A stretch of DNA of 64,000 bases, taken from an uncultured Pseudomonadota bacterium (GTDB taxonomy: Bacteria; Pseudomonadota; Alphaproteobacteria; Rs-D84). The stretch's first letter is position 1, and every line of letters starts with the position of its first letter. The stretch lies in the NCBI GenBank assembly GCA_902799285.1, contig CADCAA010000001.1:7533-71532 (forward strand), given 5' to 3'. The position numbers were made by a program, and so were the translations under genes. Below, piece after piece: positions 61,657-64,000 of the stretch. The notes under the pieces were generated by a model that searched no databases, had not been told where the DNA came from, and saw nothing but the letters and a program-made list of their open reading frames with translations.

Positions 61657-63945
61657 ATGAGAAGTAGAACAGGATTTTATTCGGTTGTTTTAACAAGCAT
61701 TATTTGTATGCTGTCGGGTGGTGTGATGGCTGCGACCCCGGTGCGCGTTTTGGGAACAAATAGTCAATCGGGTGGCGATGCGGCGGCTGGCAGTTCGTTG
61801 AATAATACGGGGGCTGTTTCTGTTAAACCTGCGACATCTGTGAATGCGCGTGCATCTTCGTTGCGTTTTTCGCCAACTGTGACAACCAAGGCGGAAAATT
61901 CATCGGGTTCTGCATCGGTGAATACCACTGTTCGCAATCCATCGTCGGGTGTTGTTGTGAATCCGTCGAATGCGGCTTCTGCGCGTTTGTCTATTGGAAA
62001 ATATTTGAATTTATCACACTCAACGAAAAATGTTGCGACAAATGGTGGTGGTTCGTCATCTGGGGGTGGATCTTCGTCCGGTGGCGGTTCGTCGGGCGGT
62101 GGTGCGTCCAATGCGGATATTGATCGTTTGACTGCTGAATTGGATGATTTGCAAAGACAGATTAATGCCCTGAAAGATGGTAAACAGAATGCTTTACAGG
62201 TTGGTGATGGTGATTACATTGATATCGGTGGTGATGATGATAATGTGATTTCTATTGATATTGAAGCGTTGAAAGATGATTTGCGTCTGGCATTGGGAAC
62301 AGAAAGACCAATTTTAACCGAAATCGATGAAAATTATAAATTGTGGTGGTGCTATGCCAATGATGCTAAAACGTCATGTGCAAGTGATAGACAGTTGGTC
62401 GTTGATTTGGGCAGCGCGATGGATGAATATGATTTGCCCGCAAATAATGTTTCGTTAAAGGATGCTTTGGCTGGGAAACAGGGGATATTGACCCCCGCGG
62501 ATAATGGTTTTATTGCGATTGAGCAAGCAACGGGCAAAATTGGAATACAGTTTAATGATTTAAGGGATGCGTTGGGTATATCCGATGTGAAACAGTCTGA
62601 AATCCGCTTTACCGAAGATGGCAAATTGCAATGGCGTTATATGGATGAATTCGAAGAAGAGCCAGATCCAGAGACGGGTTTGCAAGTTAAAAAATGGAAT
62701 ACGGCTGATATTGACGGATTGATAACGCAACGTTTGTCTAATTTTGAAGTGGAATTGGCGGGCAAGCAGGGAACTTTGGTGGCCAATCCAGATGGATATA
62801 TCCAGATTTCAAATAACAATGTCATTGATGTTAAACTTCAGGATTTGCGTGATGCTTTGAACATTCCAAATCCCCAGGCGAAAATAGAAATGGAAATAAC
62901 AAATGCGGGTAAATTGCGCTGGCGTTATTTAGACGAATTTGAAACAGATGAAGAAACGGGCGAACAGGTCAAAAAATGGACCGAGGTTTCCGAAGATTTG
63001 GGGACGTTTGTTGATGGCAAATTGGCGAATTATGCAACCAAGACTTATGTTGATGATTCTGTGAATGCCCGTCAAATGAAGTTGATTGAAAATGAAAACG
63101 GATTCATCGAAATATCAGAAGAAAATGTTATCGATGTCAAATTTGCTGATTTAGAGGCAGCGTTGGGTATTGATAACAAGCGCAATGCGGAAATGCGTGT
63201 TGAAAATGGCGTTTTCCAATGGCGCTATATGAGTGATTTTGAAACAAATGACCAAGGCGAAATTCAAAAAGATGACCAAGGCAACGATATCAAAAAGTGG
63301 ACAAATGTCTATGATTTGAATGCTGTATTAAATGATTATGTGACGAAAACCGCGTTGAATGAAATTGTGGAACGTATTGATACTGATTTGGCTGGCAAAC
63401 AGATAAGGTTAACGCCGGCTGATGATGGTTATATTGTTTTGAACGAGCAAACTGGTGAAATCGCTGTTGATATGCAGGGGTTGATGCAATATTTGACGAT
63501 TGAAGCTAATGGGGCCAGAACGACTGAATTGATTGTGTTTGATGGTAAGTTGCAATGGCGTTATACGGATGAATATGAAACGGATAACGATCCGGAATCC
63601 CCAGGATATGGAAATCAGAAAAAGATTTGGCATGTTTTGGATTTAACAGCTGTGGAATTGCCGCTGTATGTCAAAGATTATTATCTGAAAAAGAATTATT
63701 ACAACAAAACCTATATCGATAATTTGGCGCGGACAATAGAAAATAACATCAATGTGACGTTGGAAAATCTGCATCCATCGAATAATGGTTTGTTCTTGCT
63801 GAGTGTCAGTGACGGTGCGAACAACACCAAAGTGTCGTCATGGCATGCGGTCCAGATTGTTGATGGCGATGGAACTTTGTTGTCTAATTTAGGTTCAAAT
63901 TCGAATTCGAATTCTGAGCCAGAGCAAAATTCAGGTAATGATTAA
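61657..63945 (+). CDS. Large secreted repeat protein (762 aa): Ser/Thr-rich N-region, Gly-Ser linker, coiled coil, five modules of about 100 aa
   Basis: Signal peptide ...CMLSGGVMAA, (GGGSSS)n at about 62043-62110, and five LxGKQ...dGyI.I......I.V....L..AL...G.LqWRY.DEFE....KKW modules between about 62170 and 63720. Confidence 0.7.
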   Translation: MRSRTGFYSVVLTSIICMLSGGVMAATPVRVLGTNSQSGGDAAAGSSLNNTGAVSVKPATSVNARASSLRFSPTVTTKAENSSGSASVNTTVRNPSSGVVVNPSNAASARLSIGKYLNLSHSTKNVATNGGGSSSGGGSSSGGGSSGGGASNADIDRLTAELDDLQRQINALKDGKQNALQVGDGDYIDIGGDDDNVISIDIEALKDDLRLALGTERPILTEIDENYKLWWCYANDAKTSCASDRQLVVDLGSAMDEYDLPANNVSLKDALAGKQGILTPADNGFIAIEQATGKIGIQFNDLRDALGISDVKQSEIRFTEDGKLQWRYMDEFEEEPDPETGLQVKKWNTADIDGLITQRLSNFEVELAGKQGTLVANPDGYIQISNNNVIDVKLQDLRDALNIPNPQAKIEMEITNAGKLRWRYLDEFETDEETGEQVKKWTEVSEDLGTFVDGKLANYATKTYVDDSVNARQMKLIENENGFIEISEENVIDVKFADLEAALGIDNKRNAEMRVENGVFQWRYMSDFETNDQGEIQKDDQGNDIKKWTNVYDLNAVLNDYVTKTALNEIVERIDTDLAGKQIRLTPADDGYIVLNEQTGEIAVDMQGLMQYLTIEANGARTTELIVFDGKLQWRYTDEYETDNDPESPGYGNQKKIWHVLDLTAVELPLYVKDYYLKKNYYNKTYIDNLARTIENNINVTLENLHPSNNGLFLLSVSDGANNTKVSSWHAVQIVDGDGTLLSNLGSNSNSNSEPEQNSGND

Positions 63946-64000
63946 AATTTGGGGGCAAATGTCCCCATTTTTATTTTTTGAATATTGAAAATATTTCCCA

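Overview
This is a densely coding 64-kb chromosomal segment of a Gram-negative bacterium, roughly 40% G+C by eye. It has no rRNA, CRISPR array, transposase or integrase.

**Backbone.** The housekeeping genes are a partial recJ, an NrnA-like DHH phosphoesterase, lolA-like, tatB/tatC, an NlpD-like peptidase, lptC/lptB, thyA, a P-type ATPase, miaB, gatC/gatA/gatB, ruvX, sufB/sufC, rpsT, plsY, dprA, dnaA, parE-like, dnaJ, pgsA, uvrC, a pseudouridine synthase, asmA-like, cdaA, dnaN, efp, fba, tolB, plsC and ftsE/ftsX. There are also tRNA-Lys(CUU) and tRNA-Phe(GAA). The uvrC-pgsA adjacency, the Tol/Lpt/Tat content and the sparse operons suggest a streamlined alphaproteobacterium-like genome. That taxonomic call is inference only.

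**Accessory content that stands out.**
1. A stand-alone TcpQ/PilL-like plus lipoprotein-secretin cassette (28.3-30.9 kb) has no other type IVb pilus genes nearby.
2. Next to it is a compositionally mosaic, Sec-signal-bearing, tail-fibre/lectin-like protein (31.4-33.6 kb). It has a paralog at 51.4-53.4 kb. Neither gene is in a prophage context.
3. A 762-aa secreted protein is built from five modules of about 100 aa (61.7-63.9 kb).
4. Two families of structured intergenic repeats have conserved cores and arms that co-vary to keep base pairing. One lies at 34.8, 38.8, 49.9 and 57.7 kb, the other at 5.3 and 33.7 kb.
5. Smaller items are a pair of secreted paralogs (6.4 and 35.2 kb), a frameshifted ftsX, a VirB2/TrbC-like orphan pilin candidate, an orphan ribbon-helix-helix gene with a palindromic operator, and a minimal sufBC unit.

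All family assignments come from motifs read by eye. No database search was run.
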